Positions 37,195-46,322 of a stretch of 64,000 bases of DNA are shown here, in pieces. Position numbers and translations under genes: made by a program. The stretch covers positions 125,321 to 189,320 of the forward strand of contig CAZRKP010000004.1 in NCBI GenBank assembly GCA_964600895.1, written 5' to 3'. The notes beneath the pieces are model-generated. The model ran no database searches, was not told the origin of the DNA, and saw only the letters and a list, made by a program, of their open reading frames with translations. The DNA is from an uncultured Victivallis sp. GTDB taxonomy: Bacteria; Verrucomicrobiota; Lentisphaeria; Victivallales; GWF2-50-93. Within the stretch, counting starts at the first letter, position 1; each line of letters starts with the position of its first letter.

Positions 37195-39009
37195 ATGTCC
37201 AGAAAAATACTTTCAACCGTGGTTTCAATTGCATTTCTCCTCATGGTCTCGTTTCAAATGACTGCAGAGGATGTGAAGGTTCCGGCTGACAAGGCCAACT
37301 TCCATATCTTCATCCTGATGGGGGCTTCGAACATGGCCGGTTCGGGAATGCCTGTCCTGCACGAATACATGAAACCAGATCCGAACATCCTCATTTTAGG
37401 CAATGACCTCAAATGGAACCTTGCGAAGGTTTCGATCGGAGGTGGAATGGGGCTCGGACAGGTCTTCGCAAAGCATTACGCAGAATTACATCCCGGAGTA
37501 ACCGTCGGGCTTGTACAGTGCGCAAAGACCAACATGAGTCTCAAGGAGATAGCAAAGGGTTCCGTTGACAGCGATGTGGCATCCAACTACGATGTTGCGA
37601 TGGCCAGGATGAAGGAGGCCATGAAGACAGGTACTCTCAAGGGCATCCTCTGGCATCAGGGAGAAGTCAACATTGGCGATCCGAAATATGTCGATACTCT
37701 GAAAGCTCTCGTCAAGGACCTTCGTAACGATCTGAAACAACCTGACCTTCCAATCATTGTTGGAGAACTCGGACGCTTCAGCTCCTTAGTCACTAAGTTC
37801 AACGAACAGATTGAAACTGCCAAGACCGCGATCCCCTATTGCGCCGTAGTAAGCTCCGAAGGGCTCATGGATCTCGGTGACAAAACGAATTTCTCAGGCT
37901 GTTCGGTCGAAGTGCTCGGTTCAAGATATCTCATGGAATATCTCAACTTGAAGAAGGATACCGAGCTTGCCAAAAAATTCAAACCCATGCTTGACGATAT
38001 AACCAAGAAGATGCTTGCAAAGGATGCGGAATGGGACACCATACCCAATGCCAACCTCAATGAAGGTGATGAAAGACCATATGGCTGGGACGGAAAATGG
38101 ATGTCCAGGGGAAGCATTGATGTCATAAGGGATACGGTAGTCTTTACATCTGCACCTTCCTCGCTAAAAATTGAATCAACCAGCGGTCCTGTTTCAGGCT
38201 CCATTTCGCAGAGCCTGCGCAATGTCGCCGGGAAGAAGATCAAGATTTCATTCAAGGTGACGAACTCCGGATTCACCAGCTTCGTCGTCTCACTGGTCGG
38301 TATGGACAATTCAATGAAGCAGGTGTTCCAGAAAAACGCCATAAGCGCTCGCAGGGCTGACGACTGGACCAATTATTCCGCGGAAGTGTTCGTCCCATCC
38401 GCTGCAACCAACACCAGGCTCCTGATAAACGTCAGCGGAGAAGGCAGGATCTGGTTCGATGATTTTGTAATTGAAAAAGAAGAGCCTCCGGCAGGTTCGG
38501 AACTTGTATCCAACAGCACGATGACAGAAGGATATGACAAGCCGATGGAATGGAGCGGGATCTGGACATCGGAAGGGACCCTGAAGGTTGCAAAGGATAC
38601 AAAGATTTTCAAATCGCCTCCGGCATCCCTCAGGATAGACTCGGACGGCGGACCGGTTAACGGCAGCGTCAGCCAGGAACTGAAGGAAGTCGCCGGTAAG
38701 AAGGTCCACGTGAAAGGCTGGATAAAGGTCAAGGGCCTTAGCAAATGCTCGGTCGGTGTAGGTTCCTTCGACTCGTCATGGAAGATGATTAAGTGGGGAA
38801 GCATATTCTACAAGGAGTTCCTGGAAGGGGAGGATGAGCTGGATTGGACAAGCTTCGACAAGGTGGTCGAGGTTTCGCCGAATGCTGAGAAGGTTAACCT
38901 TTCCCTGGGGATCACAGGAGAGGGAAGCGCCTGGTTCGACGACATCGAGGTTGGAGAGGTGAAACCGGAAGCCAAGACTCCGACTCCGGCAAAACGGTCC
39001 CAACCGTAA
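37195..39009 (+). CDS. exported carbohydrate esterase (SASA / sialate-O-acetylesterase-like domain) with two C-terminal CBM-like repeats
   Basis: Motifs: FHIFILMGASNMAGSG, LWHQGEVNIGD. There is an internal duplication: PYGWDGKWMSRGSIDVIRDTVVFTSAPSSLKIESTSGPVSGSISQSLRNVAGKKIKI versus PMEWSGIWTSEGTLKVAKDTKIFKSPPASLRIDSDGGPVNGSVSQELKEVAGKKVHV. Confidence 0.8.
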   Translation: MSRKILSTVVSIAFLLMVSFQMTAEDVKVPADKANFHIFILMGASNMAGSGMPVLHEYMKPDPNILILGNDLKWNLAKVSIGGGMGLGQVFAKHYAELHPGVTVGLVQCAKTNMSLKEIAKGSVDSDVASNYDVAMARMKEAMKTGTLKGILWHQGEVNIGDPKYVDTLKALVKDLRNDLKQPDLPIIVGELGRFSSLVTKFNEQIETAKTAIPYCAVVSSEGLMDLGDKTNFSGCSVEVLGSRYLMEYLNLKKDTELAKKFKPMLDDITKKMLAKDAEWDTIPNANLNEGDERPYGWDGKWMSRGSIDVIRDTVVFTSAPSSLKIESTSGPVSGSISQSLRNVAGKKIKISFKVTNSGFTSFVVSLVGMDNSMKQVFQKNAISARRADDWTNYSAEVFVPSAATNTRLLINVSGEGRIWFDDFVIEKEEPPAGSELVSNSTMTEGYDKPMEWSGIWTSEGTLKVAKDTKIFKSPPASLRIDSDGGPVNGSVSQELKEVAGKKVHVKGWIKVKGLSKCSVGVGSFDSSWKMIKWGSIFYKEFLEGEDELDWTSFDKVVEVSPNAEKVNLSLGITGEGSAWFDDIEVGEVKPEAKTPTPAKRSQP

Positions 39010-39110
39010 GTAATGCAGCGATTCCAGTTCATTTATCATAAGAATCACCTTAATTGTCCGTATTATAAGTTGATATATGTTAATTTGAAATGGAACTGAC
39101 AGGTGAAAAT

Positions 39111-39908
39111 ATGATCTGCGAAAAGTGCAAGACACAGATACCAGACGACTCGAAATATTGCAAGGAATGCGGAGTGAAGCTTCCTCCACCACAGAAAACG
39201 GGAATGACATCCTCTCAGAGCATTCCTCCTCCGACTCCGCCGCCGATAATTGTTCCACCATCACCCCAGGCTCCATTACCCAAGCCGGCTCCTTCCAAGC
39301 CTGCGACACTGAGGCCTCCATCGGTCCAGCCGCAGGTGAAAACTCCTTCACAGGATCCGGCACCACCGACTCCTCCTCAGACAACTAAATCCCCTGTTCC
39401 ACCTCCACCATCTTCTGCTCCTGCTCCTGTCCAGCCCCCTGCTCCTCCTGCAAATCCTGGAACAGCACCAGCCGGCGATGGAAAGACGAAGATGCAGGGA
39501 ACCGCAACTGAGCTTGGTTTCAATGAGCCGAAGTCACAACCGACACAACCGGCAATCCTTAAATTCAAGGTCGTATTCAAGGTTGTCAGCGGTCCCCTTG
39601 GAGGGAAGAAATACAGCATTGATGAGCCTGCCGTCATCAACATAGGCAGAGGCTCCGACTGCATGATCAGGATCACGAAGGAGATGGATCCAGTGGTTTC
39701 AAGACACCATTGCAAGCTGGAAATAGCTCCTCCCAAGGTGGAACTGTCTGATCTCGGAAGCAGCAACGGCACCCACATTAACAGCCAGCAGCTCGAAGCG
39801 AACAAGAAATATGCCTTGAATTCCGGTGACACCTTCAAGGTCGGCGACAGCGTCTTCTCCGTCGAAATCAAAACCTCAAAGACAGAGATCGGAGCCACGC
39901 AGGAATAA
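39111..39908 (+). CDS. zinc-ribbon / proline-rich linker / FHA-domain protein
   Basis: MICEKCKTQIPDDSKYCKECG (two CxxC pairs), about 100 aa of P-rich low-complexity sequence, then an FHA-like C-terminus (INIGRGSDCMIRI...VSRHHCKL...LGSSNGTHINSQQL). The ORF-track start at 39090 is an alternative. Confidence 0.8.
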   Translation: MICEKCKTQIPDDSKYCKECGVKLPPPQKTGMTSSQSIPPPTPPPIIVPPSPQAPLPKPAPSKPATLRPPSVQPQVKTPSQDPAPPTPPQTTKSPVPPPPSSAPAPVQPPAPPANPGTAPAGDGKTKMQGTATELGFNEPKSQPTQPAILKFKVVFKVVSGPLGGKKYSIDEPAVINIGRGSDCMIRITKEMDPVVSRHHCKLEIAPPKVELSDLGSSNGTHINSQQLEANKKYALNSGDTFKVGDSVFSVEIKTSKTEIGATQE

Positions 39909-39914
39909 AAACCA

Positions 39915-39941
39915 ATAATTTTTTCGAAGTGAAAAAATTAT
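39915..39941 (+). other. AT-rich hairpin between the FHA gene and the beta-helix gene
   Basis: ataattttttc / gaaaaaattat form an 11-bp perfect stem with a 5-nt loop. No trailing T-run; it abuts the AGGAGA RBS of the next gene. Confidence 0.3.
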
Positions 39942-39954
39942 ACAGGAGAATTCA

Positions 39955-42315
39955 ATGGGATCATTTTATGCCTTGCTTTCATCTTCAGTGATATTCAGCG
40001 CCTTGATTCCAACATCCATGGCAACCTCGATCGATTTTGAAAAAGGCAAGGATGACAGCTTCAAGATCCTGAATGAATCACAGGCGTCGATAACCACGGA
40101 AAATTCAATATCCGGGAAATCCTCCTTGAAGATAGACACCCGTGAAAGCTCATCGACATGGAACCCGTGTTTTGCGACCGCAGAAGGAATCCTAAAACCC
40201 AACACGGACTATGTTGCTTCATTCACTGTAAAACTGCTTGAGGCAAAGGATGACTCCTTTGTACATGTGATAATACGTCCGCTTGATGTTGCTGACGGCT
40301 CTGCCGATGTCGGACATCTCAACATACTTGACATCGGTGTTGCAAAGAAGTTCAAGATGAAATTCAGGACAAGGAACGACAAGACCTATTCCCTGCAGAT
40401 CCATCCCAAGAACAAGGTGCTGGCACTCGTCGATGATATAACTATTACAGAAGGGACAGGGGAATCATTTGTCGGAGTCGGACCTGATCCCAAACCTTTT
40501 ACAAAATCGCTAGAGATTCCCACCGGTTCGGAGGAGTTTACAGTAGATCTGCCTAAGCCTCCAGAAAAGACCGCATCCGTCGCGGACTTCGGGGCAAAAC
40601 CTGAGAATTCCGACAACACCAAGGAATTCAATGCCGCGATTGCCAGTTGCGCCGAAAATGGAATAGGGAAACTTATCGTTCCAAAAGGCGTCTATCGATT
40701 CACCAGCAATAATCCAATAAAATTCAGCAATCTCAAGGATTTCGAGTTCGACGGGCAGGGATCGGAGTTCATCTGGCTCAAGGAACGTGGTGGTCTAATA
40801 GAGATCAATGGTTGTGAACGGACACTTTTCAAGAACTTCTTCGTCGATTGGGACTGGGACAAAGATCCTGTCGGAAGTGTCGTGAAGATAACAGGAGTCT
40901 CAGAAGACGGCTCATATGTTGACGCTGTTTTCACCGATTACGATAAATTCCCGAAGCGGAACATGCGCATAGGAATCATCGAGGGGCTTGATCCAAAGAC
41001 AATGTCGGTGGGATATGAGGATGGTTTCAACATCGGCTTCGAGTTCTTCAAAGGTAGAGCCGACACTCCTCCTGCAAAATATGAATGGCTTTCCGACAAC
41101 TCCTTCCGCCTCTATGCAAATGATTCAGGCAAACAGTCCATTTTCGCGAAAAGGATGAAATCCGGAATGTTTTTCAGGATCCGCCACTATGTTTATGACA
41201 TGGTCGGCATAACGATGATCGACAACAAACATCTGACCCTTTCGGATGTCACCATCTATTCATGCCCTAGCCATGCTTTCCTTTCCGCCGGGGAACAGCA
41301 TCACTGGCAGCTGCTTAATACGAACATCAAGCTGCGTCCGGGAACAAAGCGTCCCCTCACTTGTTCCGCCGACCACCATCATATCGCCCGTTCGCAGGGA
41401 TACCTGAAGATGGATGGCTGTGACTTCGGATTTGGCGGTGACGACTGTCTGAACGTCCATGACACCACCGGTTTCGCCTTCAAGACCGGCGAAAAGACCC
41501 TCACAACCAGGAATATGGATGTAGGATATTTTCGTCCTGGAGATCTTGTGGAACTCCGAAATGACGACTATTCTCCAACCGGTTACACCTCCAAATTTGT
41601 GAACAAGACAGGAGTTGGAAAGACTCGTAGGGACGCGTTCGAACTGACCTTTGAAGATCCTCTTCCCGAGCAGAAGGGTACCGGCTTCATCCTCTTCAAC
41701 AAAAGGTTCGGCTCGAAGAACATCATCATTAGGAACTGCTATTTCCATGACAACAAGGCCCGTGGAATCCTTCTCCTGGCAAACGGGATCACTGTCGAAA
41801 ACAACAAGTTCTTCCACAACGAAATGGGAGCCATAAAGATCGAGACCGGCTATACATTCAACGTGTGGAGCGAAGGATATGGAGCTTCGAACATAGTCAT
41901 AAGGAAAAACATCTTCGACAATGTGAATCCCATCGGTGCATACCCCAACGAGAAGCAACCGGTGATCTACTTGAGCGTATATCTAAAAAGCGATCCTTCC
42001 ATTGAAAAGACAATGTATCCTATATTGAACAACATCCTTATCGAAAATAATTCCTTCCTTAACAATCCGGGCGCAATAGCCTACATTTGTTCCGCCGGCA
42101 ACGTAATCATCCGCGACAACCGGATAGAGAACAGCGTGTCACGAACCGAGAACCTTCCGTTCCGCGGGTCCGTCGGCGCAGCTTATGCATCCGACATCAA
42201 GATTGTAAACAATACCTGGATAAAATCGGACTTCATGCCAAATCCGGGAATCTTCGCCGACATCGAGACGACAAAAGACATCGTCTTCGAGGGGAATATC
42301 ATCAAGGACAAGTAA
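39955..42315 (+). CDS. exported right-handed parallel beta-helix (pectate-lyase-superfamily / GH28-like fold) protein with N-terminal CBM-like domain
   Basis: AGGAGA RBS. Motif ASVADFGAKPENSDNTKEFNAAIASCAENGIGKLIVPKGVYRF is typical of beta-helix glycanases. Repeated NN..F.N / I..N segments occur near the C-terminus. Confidence 0.7.
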   Translation: MGSFYALLSSSVIFSALIPTSMATSIDFEKGKDDSFKILNESQASITTENSISGKSSLKIDTRESSSTWNPCFATAEGILKPNTDYVASFTVKLLEAKDDSFVHVIIRPLDVADGSADVGHLNILDIGVAKKFKMKFRTRNDKTYSLQIHPKNKVLALVDDITITEGTGESFVGVGPDPKPFTKSLEIPTGSEEFTVDLPKPPEKTASVADFGAKPENSDNTKEFNAAIASCAENGIGKLIVPKGVYRFTSNNPIKFSNLKDFEFDGQGSEFIWLKERGGLIEINGCERTLFKNFFVDWDWDKDPVGSVVKITGVSEDGSYVDAVFTDYDKFPKRNMRIGIIEGLDPKTMSVGYEDGFNIGFEFFKGRADTPPAKYEWLSDNSFRLYANDSGKQSIFAKRMKSGMFFRIRHYVYDMVGITMIDNKHLTLSDVTIYSCPSHAFLSAGEQHHWQLLNTNIKLRPGTKRPLTCSADHHHIARSQGYLKMDGCDFGFGGDDCLNVHDTTGFAFKTGEKTLTTRNMDVGYFRPGDLVELRNDDYSPTGYTSKFVNKTGVGKTRRDAFELTFEDPLPEQKGTGFILFNKRFGSKNIIIRNCYFHDNKARGILLLANGITVENNKFFHNEMGAIKIETGYTFNVWSEGYGASNIVIRKNIFDNVNPIGAYPNEKQPVIYLSVYLKSDPSIEKTMYPILNNILIENNSFLNNPGAIAYICSAGNVIIRDNRIENSVSRTENLPFRGSVGAAYASDIKIVNNTWIKSDFMPNPGIFADIETTKDIVFEGNIIKDK

Positions 42316-42325
42316 TATCCTGGAT

Positions 42326-44122
42326 TTATTCGGCCTTTTTTGCAGTTGGAACTGTCGATCCGCTAATGGTGCTATCGAAATGGAAATTCTCCCAGAGCGG
42401 CGTGCGTGCCATTCCACCAAGTCCGATCTTGCCATTGTTCAGATTCAAAGGATCAGTGACACTCAGCTGCACGGTACCACGGTTTATGAATTTAATCGTC
42501 CCCGTAGAGGCTACTTCTATCTTCCAATTCTGGAGATTGCTTCCATTTCCAATGTCCACTCCCTTCCCAGTTTCACCGATCTGGGTTGTTGTGCCATTGA
42601 TACGTTTTTCAAACTTGCTTGATTTCCCATCCGCATTCAAGCGAAACCAGTTGTTCTGATCCTGATAGAAGAAATAGACGTAGAACGATCCTTCAGCGCC
42701 CATGGCTCCCACATCAACATTTATTGTCAGATCTTTTCCATGCATTGAATCATTGTTCAGCACGACGTGGTCAGGCCTGAAGTCACCACCACGGCACCAC
42801 CTGAGGTTGCAATGCTGGAAGTATGTGTATAACGGCAGATCCCCGGGCTTTGTTATATCGATCTCAGTCCAACCGCTGTATATCCACGCATAGGAATAAA
42901 TTGAGTCACCGGTATCATTGAAAGCCTTCAGTCTGTAGGAAACATTCGCCATTGACTGGAGATCCTTGTCTGAATAACTAGTGACGTTGGCACCAACAGT
43001 TGCTATTTCCTTGTAGACACCGTTGATCCTGCGTTCGATCTTGAATCCTTTTTCATTGTAGGCATTGTCCGTCCATTGCAGGTCTATCTTGTTGCCATCT
43101 ACCTTGGCCCTTATGTCGGTCGGTTCTCCCGGCTTGCTCGGAGTTCCATTGTTTGGAGGAAGCATGATCAAAGCATCAAGGCTCGCACGTACCGGAGTCC
43201 TGACTTTCTCCAAAAGATACCCCTGCTCCTGGTCGCCGGTCGGATCGCTGTCGGTGCTCCACCAATTGCTTCCCTTTTCATCGCAGTTGTTGTGGCCGAC
43301 AGTCACTGCATCCCATAAACCCCGGGATCCTCGGACAGCATAATAGATTGCAATCTGCCCCCAGGATGGATATGGATACTGCTTCTTGATGTCAACATAG
43401 ACACGGCGTATGGGATTGTCCTTCGGGGCATCCGGAAGGCGACCGCAAGTGCAGATTGCCTGTCCGACATCGAACCCGACATACATCACGGCTGTCGGCC
43501 AATGGTTCACAGTATAGAATGCACCTTCAGGCACAACCCTGAAATTGAATTCATCACCTTTAGGAAAACATCCCCCCGCACAGGACCAGAGCTTAACTTT
43601 TTTCTTAACCAGATCCATTCCATTCAGAGGACTGTACTTATCCGGACCAGACTGCAGAAGGGCCTTTAGGTTGTTGAGATAGCCGGTCGTGACGATGGTC
43701 ACACTCTTGTCAGGAGAAGAAGCCAGGAGCTGCCGATACAGATTTGCTGCCACAGGACAGTCCTTCGGATCTTTCAAGTCATGAGGGTATTCAGCGGCGA
43801 TCTGGCCTGCGTATTCACCAACTCCTCCGACATCAGGCGGGACACCGATTGGGATCTTGGGTTTTCCATAATATGTATTAATTGCATTCATGCACAACGC
43901 CGTCCCTCCGTTCTTGGAGGAAACCATCATACCTATGATCTCGCACTCGCCCATGCTTGCCAGACCATGGAGGATTGCGATGTCACCTACGTCATCGTGA
44001 TCACTCGACATGTCAGAATCAAAAATGATTTTTGGTATCGGTTCGGCTGCCTGAAGCGTGTGTATGCAAAACAATGCCGCAAAGGCAAAGATCATTGAAA
44101 TGATATTCTTGGATCTATACAT
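42326..44122 (-). CDS. exported nucleoside-hydrolase-like (IUNH fold) domain plus FN3 plus LamG/ConA-like domain
   Basis: ORF 42326..44173. The start MYRSKNIISMIFAFAALFCIHTLQA at 44122 has AAGGAG upstream. N-terminal IIFDSDMSSDHDDVGDIAILHGL resembles the DxDxxxDD motif of nucleoside hydrolases. FN3-like: IDLQWTDNAYNEKGFKIERR. The fold assignment is tentative. Confidence 0.65.
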   Translation of the reverse strand: MYRSKNIISMIFAFAALFCIHTLQAAEPIPKIIFDSDMSSDHDDVGDIAILHGLASMGECEIIGMMVSSKNGGTALCMNAINTYYGKPKIPIGVPPDVGGVGEYAGQIAAEYPHDLKDPKDCPVAANLYRQLLASSPDKSVTIVTTGYLNNLKALLQSGPDKYSPLNGMDLVKKKVKLWSCAGGCFPKGDEFNFRVVPEGAFYTVNHWPTAVMYVGFDVGQAICTCGRLPDAPKDNPIRRVYVDIKKQYPYPSWGQIAIYYAVRGSRGLWDAVTVGHNNCDEKGSNWWSTDSDPTGDQEQGYLLEKVRTPVRASLDALIMLPPNNGTPSKPGEPTDIRAKVDGNKIDLQWTDNAYNEKGFKIERRINGVYKEIATVGANVTSYSDKDLQSMANVSYRLKAFNDTGDSIYSYAWIYSGWTEIDITKPGDLPLYTYFQHCNLRWCRGGDFRPDHVVLNNDSMHGKDLTINVDVGAMGAEGSFYVYFFYQDQNNWFRLNADGKSSKFEKRINGTTTQIGETGKGVDIGNGSNLQNWKIEVASTGTIKFINRGTVQLSVTDPLNLNNGKIGLGGMARTPLWENFHFDSTISGSTVPTAKKAE

Positions 44123-44165
44123 AAGAACTCCTTTCTGGATTTTCGGGATTTCTATAATCCTAATC

Positions 44166-44924
44166 TCAGGCATCGCCTTTCATGCCGATAGTGCGGCCAC
44201 CATCGATGATGAGGTTCTGTCCGGTGATGAAATCAGCATCGGCTGATGCAAGGAAAACCGCTGCCCCGCCAATATCATCCGGCTTTCCGGAACGACCGAG
44301 CCAGCAGCCCTTCTCCCAGTTGATGTTTTCATAGCTGGCAATGGCACCAGGAGAAATGCAATTGACAGTTATGCCGTATGGCGCCAGTTCCATCGCCCAT
44401 ACCTTTGTCATCGCGATTACTCCGCCCTTGGCCGCACCATATGCCGTCCTGTTCTTCTTTCCTGACACTCCGACCACCGAGGCGGTATTTATTATGCGTC
44501 CATATTTGTTCTTCATCATGGAATCGACGACCGCACGAGTGCAGCGGAAAACGCTTTTCAGGCTCAGATTAATTGCAGAATCCCATTTTTCCTCGTCGTA
44601 CTCCCATATCGGACCGTTCCATCCTCCGCCAGCATTGTTGACCAGGATATCGATCTTTCCGTATTTCTTCAAAGCTCCAGATATGGATTCATTAATGGCG
44701 TTCTTGTCCGTTACATCAAGCACTTTTGCTTCAGCTTTACCACCATTTGAGAGAATGGAATTTACCGTCTCATCCATCTTGCCTTGATCACGGTCGGTGA
44801 CAACAACTGTAGCTCCTTCCGCTGCCATCTTTTCTGCAATGCTCCTGCCGATTCCATGCCCGGAAGCTGTAATAAATGCAATCCTGTCCTTGAGTCTCAT
44901 AATATTTTTATCCTTATTTTTCAT
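44166..44924 (-). CDS. SDR family oxidoreductase (FabG-like)
   Basis: Motifs: ITASGHGIGRSIA, NNAG, and YGAAKGGV (catalytic YxxxK). Alternative start at 44900. Confidence 0.9.
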   Translation of the reverse strand: MKNKDKNIMRLKDRIAFITASGHGIGRSIAEKMAAEGATVVVTDRDQGKMDETVNSILSNGGKAEAKVLDVTDKNAINESISGALKKYGKIDILVNNAGGGWNGPIWEYDEEKWDSAINLSLKSVFRCTRAVVDSMMKNKYGRIINTASVVGVSGKKNRTAYGAAKGGVIAMTKVWAMELAPYGITVNCISPGAIASYENINWEKGCWLGRSGKPDDIGGAAVFLASADADFITGQNLIIDGGRTIGMKGDA

Positions 44925-44955
44925 CTACTGATAATTTTTATATTGAATTGATAAC

Positions 44956-45004
44956 GGAGCGCGGGTTTTCCAACCCGCGAGGCGGACAAGAATGTCCGCC
45001 CTCC
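44956..45004 (-). repeat. double-hairpin REP-like element, copy 2 (orientation B)
   Basis: Sequence: ggagcgcgggtt-ttcc-aacccgcg-a-ggcggac-aagaat-gtccgccctcc. This is the reverse complement of the copy-1 layout with a shorter linker. Confidence 0.7.
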
Positions 45005-45017
45005 TTTATTTAAAACT

Positions 45018-45218
45018 CTATTCTGGAATAACTGTTAAAATCACTTTTCCAATATTTTCATTGCGTTCTAGAATCGCATGTGCAGTTGCGGCATCCGCCA
45101 TTGGGAGCGTTTTGTAAATCAAAGGCCTGACAGATCCAGATTCGATAACCGGCCACAGTTTTTCAACAAGATCTCGCAGTATCTTGCCCTTCTTCTCGTC
45201 TATCAGCATTGCAAACAT
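45018..45218 (-). pseudogene. remnant: C-terminal about 65 codons of an NADPH:quinone oxidoreductase / Zn-ADH-superfamily gene
   Basis: ...LVEKLWPVIESGSVRPLIYKTLPMADAATAHAILERNENIGKVILTV matches the conserved C-terminus of Qor-type proteins, which are normally about 325 aa. Only 18 nt separate it from the upstream gene, so no N-terminal part can exist. Confidence 0.6.
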
Positions 45219-45236
45219 GGTTTATCTATCCCAATT

Positions 45237-46256
45237 TCAAAGGTTATATCCTGATGCAAGCAGCAATGACTCCTGTATCAGGAATTCATGTCGGTAATCA
45301 AAAGGATTTGCCTTCTCCCCTCTGATAATCTGGGCAAATTCCTTCAACTGCGCGGCATAACGATCGCCCATGGCACCGCAGTTGACGCTATGTGTCCCTG
45401 CGGGATAACCGGGAACATCGTTCTTTAATGTGAGTCTTGCGAACAGCGGATCGGTGTAATAGCGGTCCGATGGCATTTCAAGCGGACATATCTCCACCGT
45501 CCCCTTTGTTCCGCATATGATCAGACGGCGGTGCTTCATACCGTTGACTTCCTCGACAGACACCCTGATTGTAGCAGTGGCATGTTCATATTCCATGACA
45601 GCCAGCCCGTTGTCAATAAGACCATCATTCCGAGTCTGCTTCATGAAAGGAGTTATTTTGTTCGGACGCCCCAATATTGTGATTACCACATCGATCAGGT
45701 ATCCGGCAAAAATATACATGGCTCCGCCCTTGAACTGGCTAAGCCATTTGCGATAGTCCTTGTTGTCGCCGTCATAACGACTCATTACGGCATGTATCTC
45801 AAATATGTCCCCCAGCCAGCCAGACTTGACTGCATTGATGGCGAAACGGATTGCGGGATTGTACCGGTATGCATAAGCGAGTTGGATGGTAAGTTTGCGA
45901 TCTTCGCAGATGTCCAGAAGCTTTTTGAATTCAGGCAGCGATTCACCGCCGGGTTTGTCAAGATGGATATGCAATCCACGTTCAGCGCATCTCAGCGCAC
46001 AAGGTATCAAATCAAATCCATCGGTCTCAACACCTATCGCCTCAAGTCCGGGAACCTTGAAAAGCTCCTCTTCGGTCATCCATTTGAGGCCCTCGTAACA
46101 TTTCAGGCCACTGCGTTTCCTCATCCATTCGGGATCTGTTTCCACAACCCCCACAATCTCATAAATATCTTCAAGCTTCTGCAGGGCTTCCATATTACCC
46201 TGAGCGTGGTTGTGTCCAATCCCGATCTGTCCGATCTTAATCCTTTTTCCGCCCAT
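45237..46256 (-). CDS. Gfo/Idh/MocA family oxidoreductase
   Basis: N-terminal Rossmann motif IKIGQIGIGHNHAQGNMEAL, followed by a C-terminal alpha/beta domain. Confidence 0.9.
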   Translation of the reverse strand: MGGKRIKIGQIGIGHNHAQGNMEALQKLEDIYEIVGVVETDPEWMRKRSGLKCYEGLKWMTEEELFKVPGLEAIGVETDGFDLIPCALRCAERGLHIHLDKPGGESLPEFKKLLDICEDRKLTIQLAYAYRYNPAIRFAINAVKSGWLGDIFEIHAVMSRYDGDNKDYRKWLSQFKGGAMYIFAGYLIDVVITILGRPNKITPFMKQTRNDGLIDNGLAVMEYEHATATIRVSVEEVNGMKHRRLIICGTKGTVEICPLEMPSDRYYTDPLFARLTLKNDVPGYPAGTHSVNCGAMGDRYAAQLKEFAQIIRGEKANPFDYRHEFLIQESLLLASGYNL

Positions 46257-46322
46257 TTAATCTGCCTTTGTCAGCATAATAACTTTGTGACTCAGGCAAG
46301 ATAATCAACGGCGGATAATAAA

